DNA of 64,000 nucleotides from assembly GCA_965232235.1 (NCBI GenBank), contig OZ246960.1, positions 2,918,536 through 2,982,535 on the forward strand, written 5' to 3'. Below are positions 46,992 through 56,694 of this stretch, piece by piece. Source of the DNA: Candidatus Poribacteria bacterium. GTDB taxonomy: Bacteria; Poribacteria; WGA-4E; JAJDTR01. The notes below the pieces were generated by a model. The model saw only the letters and a list, made by a program, of their open reading frames with translations, was not told the DNA's origin and ran no database searches. The position numbers were made by a program, and so were the translations under genes. The first letter of the stretch is position 1. Every line of letters starts with the position of its first letter.

Positions 46992-48638
46992 ATGGGTCTA
47001 AAGCTGGTAGGCGTTCAATCATTAAAGCATTCAGTCTCACCCAAATCTAACAGCATATTCACAGCTTTGCGGTGCACGGATTTTTGCCCGCTCTACCCTC
47101 CACTTTTCACCTTTAGTGCATGCCTTGTTTTCATCTCCATCCTTGTGGTCAGTCCGGTGAATGCTGCGCCGGACGCGGTTTTCCATTTCGACGAATGGGT
47201 GAACTTTGCTCTCGAAAGATTGGAAACCGATGGCGTGACTGGCGGATTTCATCGGCACACGCGCCCCCGCACACGTCATCAGATTGCAGAGGTGATTCGA
47301 CAAGCGCAGCGTCGGGTTGCCAGTGAAAAGAGTATGCAAGCCCCCACAACAATAGAACTTCTGGAAAAATTAGAACGTGAGTTCGCTACGGAGTTAGCCC
47401 GCCTTTCGGGTCAAAACGATGAAGATGGTTTGCGCGCGCGCGGCGCTATCGAGTTGCGGAGTAGACGGGCCAACCCAAAACTCGGTCCCGCTTTTGAAGG
47501 TGCGTTTTATTATGGTGCGGGCGACTGGCTGACGTTGCATCAAGAGTTTGAGATTACGAACTTGCCGGGGAAATATCCGATTCTCGGCAACACGGCTTCC
47601 AAACGACTAAAGCCTTGGCGCGGGGATTTCACGGCAGATTTCAAAAGAGTCTATATGCGATTTCCAATTTCCAAACTTGAACTTCTCATAGGACGCGATC
47701 AACTTTTCTGGGGCACAGGATTCCGCGGTGCGGTTGGAGTCTCTGACAACTCGCCCCCATTCGATCTCATTTTGCTGACCGGCAAATTTGGTAGAGTGAG
47801 AGGTACGTCTTTCACCGCACAGCTTGACAAGACTTGGCATGACGAAGGCACGCGCCGCTATCTCGCTAGTCGTTATCTCGCGGGACACCGATTGGATTAC
47901 CAGATCAACGACCGCGTTGAGGTCGGAGTCTCGGAGTTAATCTTGTATGGCGGAGAAACACGATGGGTCGAGTGGCAGTATTTCAATCCTATCTTGCCGT
48001 ACTATGCGAGCCAACACAATTCCGATACGGACGACAATGCAATGTTTCTTTTCGAGGGGGCGGTTCGTCCTGTTGACGGGTTTCGTCTGTACGCTGAATT
48101 ACTGATGGATGATGTCCAGTACGTTAAGTCGGGTGATCCCGACGCCGTAGCATGGCTTGCTGGACTAGAATGGAACCGTACACTCGAATCACGCCGGTTA
48201 GGGGTTCGCGCCGAGTACGCGCGTGTAAATCGGTGGGCGTACACGCACCTCATTCAAGAGAATCAGTACACCCATTTCGGTTCGATTATTGGGCATGAAA
48301 TTGGAACGGATGCAGATGTATCTTATATCGAAGGAAACTATCTGATAACCGCTGACGCCCGAATAAACCTGTTCTTCGAATTGGAACGTCAAGGCGAGGC
48401 AGGCATTGAAGACCGCTTTGTTGGTGAAGATTTTCGCTCAATCTCGTTTCCATCCGGCGTCGTCGAGCGACGGCACAGTTTTGGATTTCGGTTGGTGTAC
48501 GAACCGCTTCGTGCATGGCAACTGGATTTGTCATATCAACACGACTACACTGTAAACAAGCACCATCAGAGCGGCATCGGTCAGAACTCCAATCATCTTG
48601 AGTTCCAGTTCCGATATCTCTGGGAACGAAGTCTTTAG
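46992..48638 (+). CDS. Capsule-assembly Wzi-family outer-membrane protein (tentative)
   Basis: Internal ATG 46992 avoids overlap with nadE. It has a signal sequence and a beta-barrel-like C-terminus ending ..FQFRYLWERSL. The GRDQLFWGTGFRGAVGVSDNSPPFD motif resembles Wzi from memory. Confidence 0.55.
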   Translation: MGLKLVGVQSLKHSVSPKSNSIFTALRCTDFCPLYPPLFTFSACLVFISILVVSPVNAAPDAVFHFDEWVNFALERLETDGVTGGFHRHTRPRTRHQIAEVIRQAQRRVASEKSMQAPTTIELLEKLEREFATELARLSGQNDEDGLRARGAIELRSRRANPKLGPAFEGAFYYGAGDWLTLHQEFEITNLPGKYPILGNTASKRLKPWRGDFTADFKRVYMRFPISKLELLIGRDQLFWGTGFRGAVGVSDNSPPFDLILLTGKFGRVRGTSFTAQLDKTWHDEGTRRYLASRYLAGHRLDYQINDRVEVGVSELILYGGETRWVEWQYFNPILPYYASQHNSDTDDNAMFLFEGAVRPVDGFRLYAELLMDDVQYVKSGDPDAVAWLAGLEWNRTLESRRLGVRAEYARVNRWAYTHLIQENQYTHFGSIIGHEIGTDADVSYIEGNYLITADARINLFFELERQGEAGIEDRFVGEDFRSISFPSGVVERRHSFGFRLVYEPLRAWQLDLSYQHDYTVNKHHQSGIGQNSNHLEFQFRYLWERSL

Positions 48639-48861
48639 CGCACGCAAATCCGGAACGCTAGCCCTCTTGGCTGTAGCTGCCATTCCAGTTGAGTAATCCA
48701 AGCGGAATTACGTTGGCATAAATTCAGGACTGACATGTATTTGCCGGGTTCATGAAACATGGGACTCTTGTTCCTAGTTAACGACATTCGAATGTGCCTG
48801 CATGGAATCACCCATACCCTATCATTTCACGAGTCAGGTTGGCAAACGGCGAGAAAACGAG

Positions 48862-48890
48862 TTGGTATTTTCCCAATGATGGGTTATAAT
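48862..48890 (+). promoter_or_regulatory. Sigma70-like promoter candidate (TTGGTA-17 nt-TATAAT)
   Basis: -35 TTGGTA at 48862-48867, 17-nt spacer, perfect -10 TATAAT at 48885-48890. It lies ~160 nt upstream of the 49054 gene. Confidence 0.45.
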
Positions 48891-49053
48891 ATCCTTTAGG
48901 CAATCGGGCGACCCTCAAGCTGCATGACTTAGTTTTCAAGTCGATTGCTAGGCGCGCTTAATTCGTATTATGGCAACGGGAATACGTCCAACAGAGTGAG
49001 TTGCGTGTCGCAGTGATATCTTATGTCTTTACACTCTGAACTCAAGAGGTGAT

Positions 49054-49605
49054 ATGTCTCGAAAAAATGAGATTCTATTGACACTCAGCCAGATTTTTTT
49101 TGGGGCTGTAGTTGGTCTGGTTGGCGGTGGACTGTGCCTTTTCATCTTTGAAAATTTTTTCTGGGGAATAATAATCGCGGATCGCGTCCAGCACGGATTC
49201 TGGGTAGGAGTATTCCTACTTATCTCTTTTGGTATAACCTATGGTGCCACGGTTGCCGGAGTCGCCGAGAGTGTTCGGTTTGCGGGATTGAAGTTTGGCG
49301 TCCATATTGGTCGCAGAGGAACGTATCAGGGTGCCTTTCTGGGAGCCCCGGCGATTGTTGCCCTCATGTCTCTACTAAACATTCCGTGGGCGGAGTTAAT
49401 TCCGCAAAATCTACTTATCTCACTTCTTTTGCCCGTGTTTCGGGCGCTCGCCTTTCTTATCTCTTTGCCGCTGCGTGTTCTACTGTTGCTTAGATGTCCT
49501 CCCGAACTTTTGTACATTCTCGCTGCGCCAATTGGTGCGATTTTGGGATACCGGCTGAGCCGGAGTACAAACAAAGAGACTGAGTCTCTCGCGGGCGATT
49601 ATTGA
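49054..49605 (+). CDS. Hypothetical integral membrane protein
   Basis: 4-5 predicted TM helices. GAGG lies upstream of the ATG. No family recognised. Confidence 0.55.
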   Translation: MSRKNEILLTLSQIFFGAVVGLVGGGLCLFIFENFFWGIIIADRVQHGFWVGVFLLISFGITYGATVAGVAESVRFAGLKFGVHIGRRGTYQGAFLGAPAIVALMSLLNIPWAELIPQNLLISLLLPVFRALAFLISLPLRVLLLLRCPPELLYILAAPIGAILGYRLSRSTNKETESLAGDY

Positions 49606-49680
49606 AAATTTCTTGCTAAGTGGTAGGAATTCTGGCTTTCGATTGGGTCTAATCCGTGGATAGAATGGAGCTATCGCAGA

Positions 49681-51114
49681 ATGAACTATCTTGATGAGAG
49701 TGATGACAAACCAAGAGATGAGTGCGGTGTTTTCGGCATTTTTGGGCATCCGAGAGCAGCCGAGTTAACCTATCTTGGATTACGCGCACTTCAACATCGG
49801 GGACAAGAAAGCGCTGGAATTGCCGCATCAAGTAAAGAAGATTTCCACCACCATTTGGGAATGGGGCTCGTCGATCACGTGTTTGACTCGGAAACACTGT
49901 CCAAGCTAGAGGGGTATGTTGCAATTGGGCATAATCGTTATTCAACCGCGGGTAGCAGCAATCTCGAAAATGCCCAACCACTCATTCGGACGTACAAGGG
50001 CGGCCCCTTGGCAATTGCTCACAACGGAAACCTCGTAAATGCGACTCGGGTGCGGAATAATCTGGTGGATACGGGGTCAATCTTCCTTTCCTCCACGGAC
50101 ACCGAGGTACTTGCCCATTTGATCGCGAGGTCCTCGCAGCATTACTTGGAAGATCGCGTCGTTGATGCCTTGAAGGAGGTAAGAGGGGCATTTTCCATTC
50201 TCATCATGAGTAAGGGTATTCTAATCGCCGCTCGAGATCCGTACGCTTTTCGACCACTCTGGCTCGGACGACTGAATGACGCACATGTGCTTGCCTCCGA
50301 AACCTGCGCGTTTGACGTCATTGAAGCCGAAACCGTTCGCGAGATTGAACCGGGCGAGCTTGTTACCATTACCGGGGCTGGACGCCCCCCGTCATCATTC
50401 AGATTTCATGATCGCTTGCCCGAACTGTCACAATGCATCTTTGAATATATTTATCTCGCGCGACCCGATAGCCATGTTTTTGGTGAACTGGTTAATCGTC
50501 CAAGGCGTGAACTTGGACGCCAACTAGCGCGCGAATGTCCCGCTGATGCGGATGTGGTTATATCTGTGCCAGATTCGGCGACTCTCGCCGCTCTTGGTTA
50601 CTCGGAAGAATCGGGAATCCCTTTCGATATGGGGCTCTACCGAAACTCGTTCGTTGGACGCTCGTTCATGCATCCATCTCACCAGATACGCGAACTGATG
50701 GTCAAGGTGAAGTTGAATCCGATTCGGAATATTCTCGAAGGGAAGCGCGTTGCGGTAATCGATGATTCCATTATGCGAGGGCCCACTTCTCGCCAACTCG
50801 TAAAACTCATACGTGAGGGCGGGGCGCGACAGGTTCATGTCCGTATCGCATCTCCTCCCAATCGGTTTCCGTGCTTTTACGGCGTTGACACGCCAACCCG
50901 GAAAGAGCTGATTGCGAGTTCCCATACTGTTGATGAGATACGCAAATATATTCGAGCGGATAGCCTTGGTTATCTCAGCACGGAGGGATTGCTGAAGGGA
51001 GTCAAGTCCAGCAAGGATTTCTGTACAGCCTGCTTTGATGGAAAATATCCGGTCGAATTTAGCGGTGAACAGGGTAATCAGCTTTCCTTGGGGATTGCGG
51101 AAGACGCAGTATAA
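49681..51114 (+). CDS. purF: Amidophosphoribosyltransferase
   Basis: A propeptide precedes the catalytic CGVFGI. PRPP-binding loop VAVIDDSIMRGPTS and C-terminal Fe-S Cys residues (CFYG..., CTACFDGKYP) are present. Confidence 0.92.
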   Translation: MNYLDESDDKPRDECGVFGIFGHPRAAELTYLGLRALQHRGQESAGIAASSKEDFHHHLGMGLVDHVFDSETLSKLEGYVAIGHNRYSTAGSSNLENAQPLIRTYKGGPLAIAHNGNLVNATRVRNNLVDTGSIFLSSTDTEVLAHLIARSSQHYLEDRVVDALKEVRGAFSILIMSKGILIAARDPYAFRPLWLGRLNDAHVLASETCAFDVIEAETVREIEPGELVTITGAGRPPSSFRFHDRLPELSQCIFEYIYLARPDSHVFGELVNRPRRELGRQLARECPADADVVISVPDSATLAALGYSEESGIPFDMGLYRNSFVGRSFMHPSHQIRELMVKVKLNPIRNILEGKRVAVIDDSIMRGPTSRQLVKLIREGGARQVHVRIASPPNRFPCFYGVDTPTRKELIASSHTVDEIRKYIRADSLGYLSTEGLLKGVKSSKDFCTACFDGKYPVEFSGEQGNQLSLGIAEDAV

Positions 51115-51192
51115 TCGGTATACGGACTACACGCGGAGCATGGCGGAGCGTCGGCTCACGGTTTAGCCTTAGACAAATTTGGGAGACGGTTC

Positions 51193-51552
51193 ATGCGTCG
51201 GCGAATGAAGCGCAGCATTCGGAGCAATTATTTTGTACCTAACTCGAAGACCTTCAAACAAGTCCATTCGGACCAAGGGCGGTACACGATGTATGCCCTC
51301 ATCATCTGCGCGATTATTGGCATGGCATTGAGCAAACTGTTGCATCTTGTTATTCCCGTGCTCAACCCGACGATTGCCAGAAGCAGTGTACCTGATGTGG
51401 CAAATCTGGTTGCCTTTGGGTTTAGCGCAATTCTGTTGATAATCCTGCTCTTAAATATGAAATCAATAATGAATGTGGTTGTGTCGGCAAACGAGAAACG
51501 TCGTTTAAAGGCTTTTAACGAACGACGAAAATCCAATCGGACTAATGACTGA
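51193..51552 (+). CDS. Possible small membrane protein (two TM helices, basic tail)
   Basis: GGGAGA lies 6 nt before ATG 51193. Two hydrophobic helices and a basic C-terminus are present. A competing antisense ORF (51228..51587) lacks such features. It overlaps the purM start by 8 nt. Confidence 0.4.
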   Translation: MRRRMKRSIRSNYFVPNSKTFKQVHSDQGRYTMYALIICAIIGMALSKLLHLVIPVLNPTIARSSVPDVANLVAFGFSAILLIILLLNMKSIMNVVVSANEKRRLKAFNERRKSNRTND

Positions 51553-52585
51553 ACAAGGTTTGACCTATGCGGGCGCTGGCGTTTCATTTAGCGCAAAAGA
51601 AGAAACCACTGACCGCCTGAAGCGCATACTTAAATCGACATACCGCCCCGAAGTATTGAGCGAGGTTGGGCATTTTGGAGCGCTTTTCGCACTCGGCAAC
51701 TACGACGAGCCTGTTTTGGTTTCGAGTACGGACGGCGTCGGTACAAAGCTTAAGATTGCCTTCATGACCGGACGCCATGACACAGTTGGATTTGACATTG
51801 TTGCCCATTGCGCGAATGATATCCTCGTTCAAGGAGCCGAACCGCTGTTTTTCTTGGACTATATTGGCACGAGTAAGTTGTATCCGGACGTTGTGGAACA
51901 GATTGTAACTGGGCTGGCAGCCGGATGTCGGGAAATTAATTGCGCGTTCATTGGCGGTGAAACGGCGGAGTTGCCAGAATTCTACCGGGAGGGCGAATAT
52001 GATCTTGTGGGGACAATTGTTGGCGTTGTGGAGCGATCTAAGGTAATTACCGGAAATGAAATACGGCCGGGCGATCGGTTAATTGGTCTAAGTTCACTAG
52101 GGCTGCACACAAACGGTTTTTCCCTCGCTCGCCGAATATTGCTGGATGTTTGTGACTACAATCCCACAGACTATATCTCCGATTTCGGAATGACACTTGA
52201 GGAGGAATTGCTCAAGAAACACAAGAGCTATGTCGGCGCTATTCTGAATCTGCGAAAGCACTGTGGCATAAAGGGAATGGCACACATTACTGGGGGAGGT
52301 TTGCCGGGAAACATGCTTCGCGTATTGCCTCCGGACTGCAGCGCGATAATCCGCAAGGGTACTTGGGAGATTCCGCCGATATTTGGGCTCCTCCAGGAAA
52401 AAGGGCGCGTCGAATCGGACGAAATGTACCGAGTTTTCAATATGGGAATCGGAATGGTATTGGCGGTCGCAAAAGATCAGCTCGACATGGCACTTTATGT
52501 GTTAACCGAATCCGGCGAATCGCCGTCCTGCATTGGCGAAATTGTTGATGGAGAGCGTCAAGTCACATTGTCTGAAACCGCTTAA
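51545..52585 (+). CDS. purM: Phosphoribosylformylglycinamidine cyclo-ligase (AIR synthetase)
   Basis: Motifs: LTYAGAGV, STDGVGTKL, DIVAHCANDILVQGAEPLFFLDY, GGETAE, HITGGG. Confidence 0.92.
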   Translation: MTEQGLTYAGAGVSFSAKEETTDRLKRILKSTYRPEVLSEVGHFGALFALGNYDEPVLVSSTDGVGTKLKIAFMTGRHDTVGFDIVAHCANDILVQGAEPLFFLDYIGTSKLYPDVVEQIVTGLAAGCREINCAFIGGETAELPEFYREGEYDLVGTIVGVVERSKVITGNEIRPGDRLIGLSSLGLHTNGFSLARRILLDVCDYNPTDYISDFGMTLEEELLKKHKSYVGAILNLRKHCGIKGMAHITGGGLPGNMLRVLPPDCSAIIRKGTWEIPPIFGLLQEKGRVESDEMYRVFNMGIGMVLAVAKDQLDMALYVLTESGESPSCIGEIVDGERQVTLSETA

Positions 52586-52633
52586 CCGTGCGTAATTGAC
52601 CAGGCAAGCTCACATCTGTACACTATCAAGACT

Positions 52634-53473
52634 TTATTTCCGCTGTCCAATTGCCAACATTAGCGTGTTCTCTAGCAGCATGGCGCGTGTCATCGGGCCC
52701 ACTCCTCCCGGCACAGGCGTAATGAACCCCGCGACCTTCCTGACCGATTCATAATCAACATCTCCGACAGCACGATTGTCGACGCGCGAGATTCCCACAT
52801 CAATCACAACTACCCCATCCGACACCATGGATTCTGTAACCATTCCCGGTTTGCCGGCTGCTACGACCAAAATTTCCGCATTTCGAGTTTCCTCAGCGAG
52901 GTCTCGAGTCCGAGTATGGCAGTATGTGACGGTAGCATTGCGGTTAAGTAGCATCTGTCCAACCGGTTTGCCGACAAGACTACTTCGTCCCAAGCAGACG
53001 GCGCGTTTTCCCTGAATCTCTACCCCTGTCGACTCGATTAAACGAATGACTCCCGTGGGGGTGCACGGCGTCACCCGTTCGCGGTTGATGAGGAGATTGC
53101 CTAAGTTAATAGGGCTGAGACCATCGGCATCTTTTTCCGGAGAAATGGTGTCAATCACAGCTTGCCCGTCTACTCCGGTCGGCAAAGGCATTTGCACAAT
53201 GATGCCATGAACATCCTCGCGCTCGTTCAGGTACTGAACCTGGCCGATGATTTCCGATTGCGTCGTGTTCGCTGGCATTTTGTAAACTTCCGACTGAAAC
53301 TTGACCCGTTTGCAATCCTTTTCTTTGTTAGCAACATAAATAGTGGACGCGGGGTCGTCTCCTACCTGAACTACGGCAAGCCCCGGAGTGAAATCCAGTT
53401 TTTTCACTCGGCGTCGGATTTGGCTGCGAATCGATTTGGCTAACTGACTGCCATCAATAATTTCAGCTGGCAT
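52634..53473 (-). CDS. folD: Bifunctional methylenetetrahydrofolate dehydrogenase/methenyl-THF cyclohydrolase
   Basis: Motifs: IIDG..LA, PGLAVVQVGDDPAS..YV, GIIVQMPLP, PCTP.G, GRS.LVGKP, TVTYCHTRT, PGGVGPMT. Confidence 0.92.
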   Translation of the reverse strand: MPAEIIDGSQLAKSIRSQIRRRVKKLDFTPGLAVVQVGDDPASTIYVANKEKDCKRVKFQSEVYKMPANTTQSEIIGQVQYLNEREDVHGIIVQMPLPTGVDGQAVIDTISPEKDADGLSPINLGNLLINRERVTPCTPTGVIRLIESTGVEIQGKRAVCLGRSSLVGKPVGQMLLNRNATVTYCHTRTRDLAEETRNAEILVVAAGKPGMVTESMVSDGVVVIDVGISRVDNRAVGDVDYESVRKVAGFITPVPGGVGPMTRAMLLENTLMLAIGQRK

Positions 53474-53656
53474 CTAGTCCTTACTCCCGTGATGAAATTC
53501 GTACGTGATTAATTCCCCCATCTATGTTGCCGATGCTGGATCGTTGTCTTGCAAGCTATTCCACGTCCTTCGAACCGTGCGAATTATATCACATTCTACG
53601 ACTTCTTTTTGAGGTCTTTTTTCCCCGTTCACAATTAGATTCTTTCTTTGCTTTAA

Positions 53657-53883
53657 GAGCCTGTTTGAAAAGTACACTTGTAGGGTGAAATCAACCAAGC
53701 GGATAGCGCGGGATCAAGCGAATGGATAATGAGTGCGATAGTGAATCCCGATAGAAATCCATCAAGCGACTGAACAGGGAGCGCGATAGAGATCGCACAC
53801 GTATGTAGCGGACAAGAAAAAACCTGAAAAGACTTTTGCAAATGACCAAAAATGGTTTTGCGACCGATTATTCAAACACGTTC
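53657..53883 (+). repeat. Repeat-family element II: leader + about 3 core units + tail; possibly MITE-like
   Basis: Leader CCTGTTTGAAAAGTACACTTGTAGGGTG (53660-53687). Units at 53688-53711 (partial), 53712-53749 and 53761-53794. Imperfect inverted ends GAGCCTGTTTGAA / TTCAAACACGTTC (11 of 13) are flanked by TAA on both sides. Confidence 0.75.
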
Positions 53884-54046
53884 TAAGTGATGACGCATCC
53901 GTAGTATTCGAATACGGTTAGGCGTTATTTCGCCATAACCCCATTGAGAAGATTCCATCTTGACATATTGACTTGATTTTGGGATAATCGGACCGTGAGG
54001 AACAGTCGTCAGAATACGGAGGGATACGAAAGGAAGGGTACGATTA

Positions 54047-55222
54047 ATGATGCGCGTTGGCGTTGGACAGAGCCAAAAGACCGTTTTGGTTGATGCCCTT
54101 GAAGGTGCCACCACGATTGCAATGGGTAACGCACAGCTGGCGAAGGCAGATTTAGCAGTTGTTTTCGCTACGGTAGATTATCAAGCTGACTACGGGGAAC
54201 TCTTTAACACGATTCATGAGATATCGGGGTGTGACAATCTTGTCGGCTGCAGCGGAATGAGTGTACTCACCTCGGCAGGGGAGTTTGAAGGTGAACCTGC
54301 CGTTGCCGTGCTTGTCCTACGGTCGGAAGACGTTTCCGTAATGCCCTTCTTGGTTTCATCGGATGATTCCGCAACGATTGGACCAGCGATACGCGAGTGC
54401 ATATCGTCCAAGTTTCGCGAAAACTCGCTCCTGGTTGTGTTACCGGATGCACGCTGTATTAGCCCTGAAGCGCTTGTGCACCAACTCGGCGAAGATGGAA
54501 CCAGGCTCCCAATTGTGGGAGCAGCAGCATCGGGCAGCCCAGACGGTCAATACATTTATGAGTGGCGTGATAAGGAGGTCGTGGAAGCGGGGGTTGCAGG
54601 GCTGTTGCTGACGGGTGCAATCCATACCGAAATAGGAGTAGCACAAGGCTGCCAACCAATTGGGCACCTACTGCAAATCACCCGTGCGGAGGGGAACGTC
54701 ATTTACGAAGTCGACAGCAATCCTGCACTTGACAGTCTGCAAGGGGCCCTTGAATCCTTGACAGCCGAAGATCTTCGTGAATCAGGGCGTGTTGTGTTTG
54801 TAGGCATTGCAATGGATAAGGAAAATCCGGTGCCTCGGCGCGGTGATTTCCTCGTGCGTAATCTGGTCGGTTATGACAAGGATAGTGGCGCAATCGCTGT
54901 ATCTGAAGGCGTGTCGGCAGGTCAGCTTATACAATTTCACTTGCGAAATCCATCCTCCGCGAATAAAGAGATTCAAGAAATTGTCCTTGATTTGCATGAG
55001 CGAACACGTGAACGTCCGCCAGCTTTCGGAATGTATTTCAACTGCTTGGGAAGAGGGAAGGGACTATACGGGAAGGCGAATCACGATATTCGGATTATCA
55101 AGCAGAGATTTCCGGATCTCCCGATTATCGGTTTCTTTGGCAATGCGGAATTTGCTCCAATCGGCGGGCGGAATTTTGCCCATGCTTACACCGGTGCGCT
55201 TGTACTTTGCTCCGAAGGGTGA
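54047..55222 (+). CDS. Stand-alone FIST-domain protein (FIST_N + FIST_C), no output domain
   Basis: Pattern AVVFATVDY..GCSGMSVL.., LLVVLPD, VAQGCQPIG, and C-terminal IIGFFGNAEFAPIGG..FAHAYTGALVL typical of FIST_C. Confidence 0.7.
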   Translation: MMRVGVGQSQKTVLVDALEGATTIAMGNAQLAKADLAVVFATVDYQADYGELFNTIHEISGCDNLVGCSGMSVLTSAGEFEGEPAVAVLVLRSEDVSVMPFLVSSDDSATIGPAIRECISSKFRENSLLVVLPDARCISPEALVHQLGEDGTRLPIVGAAASGSPDGQYIYEWRDKEVVEAGVAGLLLTGAIHTEIGVAQGCQPIGHLLQITRAEGNVIYEVDSNPALDSLQGALESLTAEDLRESGRVVFVGIAMDKENPVPRRGDFLVRNLVGYDKDSGAIAVSEGVSAGQLIQFHLRNPSSANKEIQEIVLDLHERTRERPPAFGMYFNCLGRGKGLYGKANHDIRIIKQRFPDLPIIGFFGNAEFAPIGGRNFAHAYTGALVLCSEG

Positions 55223-55311
55223 TATTACGGTCAAAAACTCGCCCGATGTCGTTTTGGATTAAGAATAATCCAGGCCGTATCGTTCACCACGGTGCAATAG
55301 AGAAAACACAA

Positions 55312-56463
55312 ATGATCAGTAGTAGGAAGATTCACGTTGTGATCGTTGGCGCCGGTATTGTTGGAGCCGTAATCGCTTACTGCCTGTCACGTCGCGACAA
55401 TGTCAATGTAACAGTTCTGGAAAAGTCCGACCCGGGGTTGGGTGCATCGGGGCACTCCTTTGCTTGGCTGAATTCCTTCGGAAAGGATCCGGTAGGATAT
55501 CACAATCTGAACTGTCGATCCATGGACATGTGGCATCGATTTGCCCACGCACTTGACCGAGACATTGGGTTCCAATGTGGCGGACAACTCCGATGGGAAA
55601 ACACCGACGAAGGAGCACGGGCATTGCGCCAACGTGTCAAACAGTTACAGGAACGGGGATACGCCTGTCGGACCATTACCGCAGCGGAGATGCATCAACT
55701 AGAACCCGGCTTGTTGCCCGGCACCGTAAAGGCAGCATCGTTGTCACAAGCCGATGGTTGCGTCGAACCGCTCAAAGCCATCGAAGCATGTTTGGAGAAG
55801 ACGCGTGAACGTGGAGCCGCAGTACACATGCGAACTCCCGTAACCGGCATGTCTCTTGGAAATGGTACGAACACATCACGACAAGTCAAGGCACTAATTA
55901 CACCGTGCGATGAGTTCAATTGCGACATCGTGGTGCTGGCGGGCGGCATTCACACGAAGCAACTTGCCGCTATGGCTGGAGTGTCTATCCCTCAACAGGA
56001 AAGCCCGGGCGTGGTTGTTCGCACCACTCCTTGTCCGCCCCTGCTATGTTGCGTTTCCGTTATCCATGCGCCGAAGAGTGATGTCCATCGTCGTGATGTT
56101 CACCTGCGGCAATCATCGGACGGAACACTGGCGATTGGTCAAGGCTCCCAAGAGAGCCTAAATCGCGACGATTCACAGGAACATGCCGACGAATTGCTCG
56201 ACCGGGCAAGACACTACCTACCATCAATTTCGGATGCCTCGGCTATCCCGGTACCGGTCGGTTATCGTCCAATGCCGATTGACGGTTTCCCGGTGCTCGG
56301 GTTCGTATCAGCCGTTCCCAATCTCTATGTTGCGTTTATGCACAGCGGCGTCACATTGGCTCCGCTAGTAGGCGAATTTGCAGCGCGGGAGATTGTGGAT
56401 GGAGCGCGTATTAAGATGCTGAAGCCTTACCGGCCTGAGCGATTTGGACCGGATGCCCAATAA
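55312..56463 (+). CDS. FAD-dependent oxidoreductase (DAO/glycine-sarcosine oxidase-like family)
   Basis: Dinucleotide-binding start KIHVVIVGAGIVGAVIAYCL at internal ATG 55312 (the ORF is listed from 55207). The ~380-aa DAO-family length fits. Confidence 0.75.
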   Translation: MISSRKIHVVIVGAGIVGAVIAYCLSRRDNVNVTVLEKSDPGLGASGHSFAWLNSFGKDPVGYHNLNCRSMDMWHRFAHALDRDIGFQCGGQLRWENTDEGARALRQRVKQLQERGYACRTITAAEMHQLEPGLLPGTVKAASLSQADGCVEPLKAIEACLEKTRERGAAVHMRTPVTGMSLGNGTNTSRQVKALITPCDEFNCDIVVLAGGIHTKQLAAMAGVSIPQQESPGVVVRTTPCPPLLCCVSVIHAPKSDVHRRDVHLRQSSDGTLAIGQGSQESLNRDDSQEHADELLDRARHYLPSISDASAIPVPVGYRPMPIDGFPVLGFVSAVPNLYVAFMHSGVTLAPLVGEFAAREIVDGARIKMLKPYRPERFGPDAQ

Positions 56464-56694
56464 ACGAGATTGTGGCAGAGTCCGTGTCAGGTGGATACTC
56501 CGTTTAGTTTGAAAGTCATTTTGACCAAGAACTACACGAGTGAGACTCACGAAAATCGGTTTGTAGGGACGATCTCCTGGTCACGACTGCATATGCGTGG
56601 AAGGCCAAGATGCCGCGCCTACGGAATTGCCCCACAAGTCTATTTGTGTATGGATTAACGTGAATGACTATAACAGCGTAGGCTAGGCATTATC

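Noticed and set aside
51228-51587. Minus-strand 119-aa ORF antisense to 51193..51552.
   Set aside because: No RBS and no recognisable features. The sense ORF has an RBS and two TM helices, though it is itself only weakly supported.
53688-53800. The tandem ~36-nt units (also 60073-60173) could be a ToxI-like type III antitoxin RNA array.
   Set aside because: ToxI-type arrays are near-identical repeats followed by a terminator and a toxN-like endoribonuclease gene. Here the units differ by 20-40%, occur at many loci and in single copies, and the downstream genes are a FIST protein and a DMT permease.
53653-53841. Minus-strand ORFs 53653..53841 and 59935..60225 share LISP(Y/D)KCTFQTG and SLDP motifs, suggesting a small protein family.
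   Set aside because: The shared residues are simply the translated reverse complement of the repeat leader and units. No start codon, RBS or stop position is conserved, and one ORF spans a MITE boundary.
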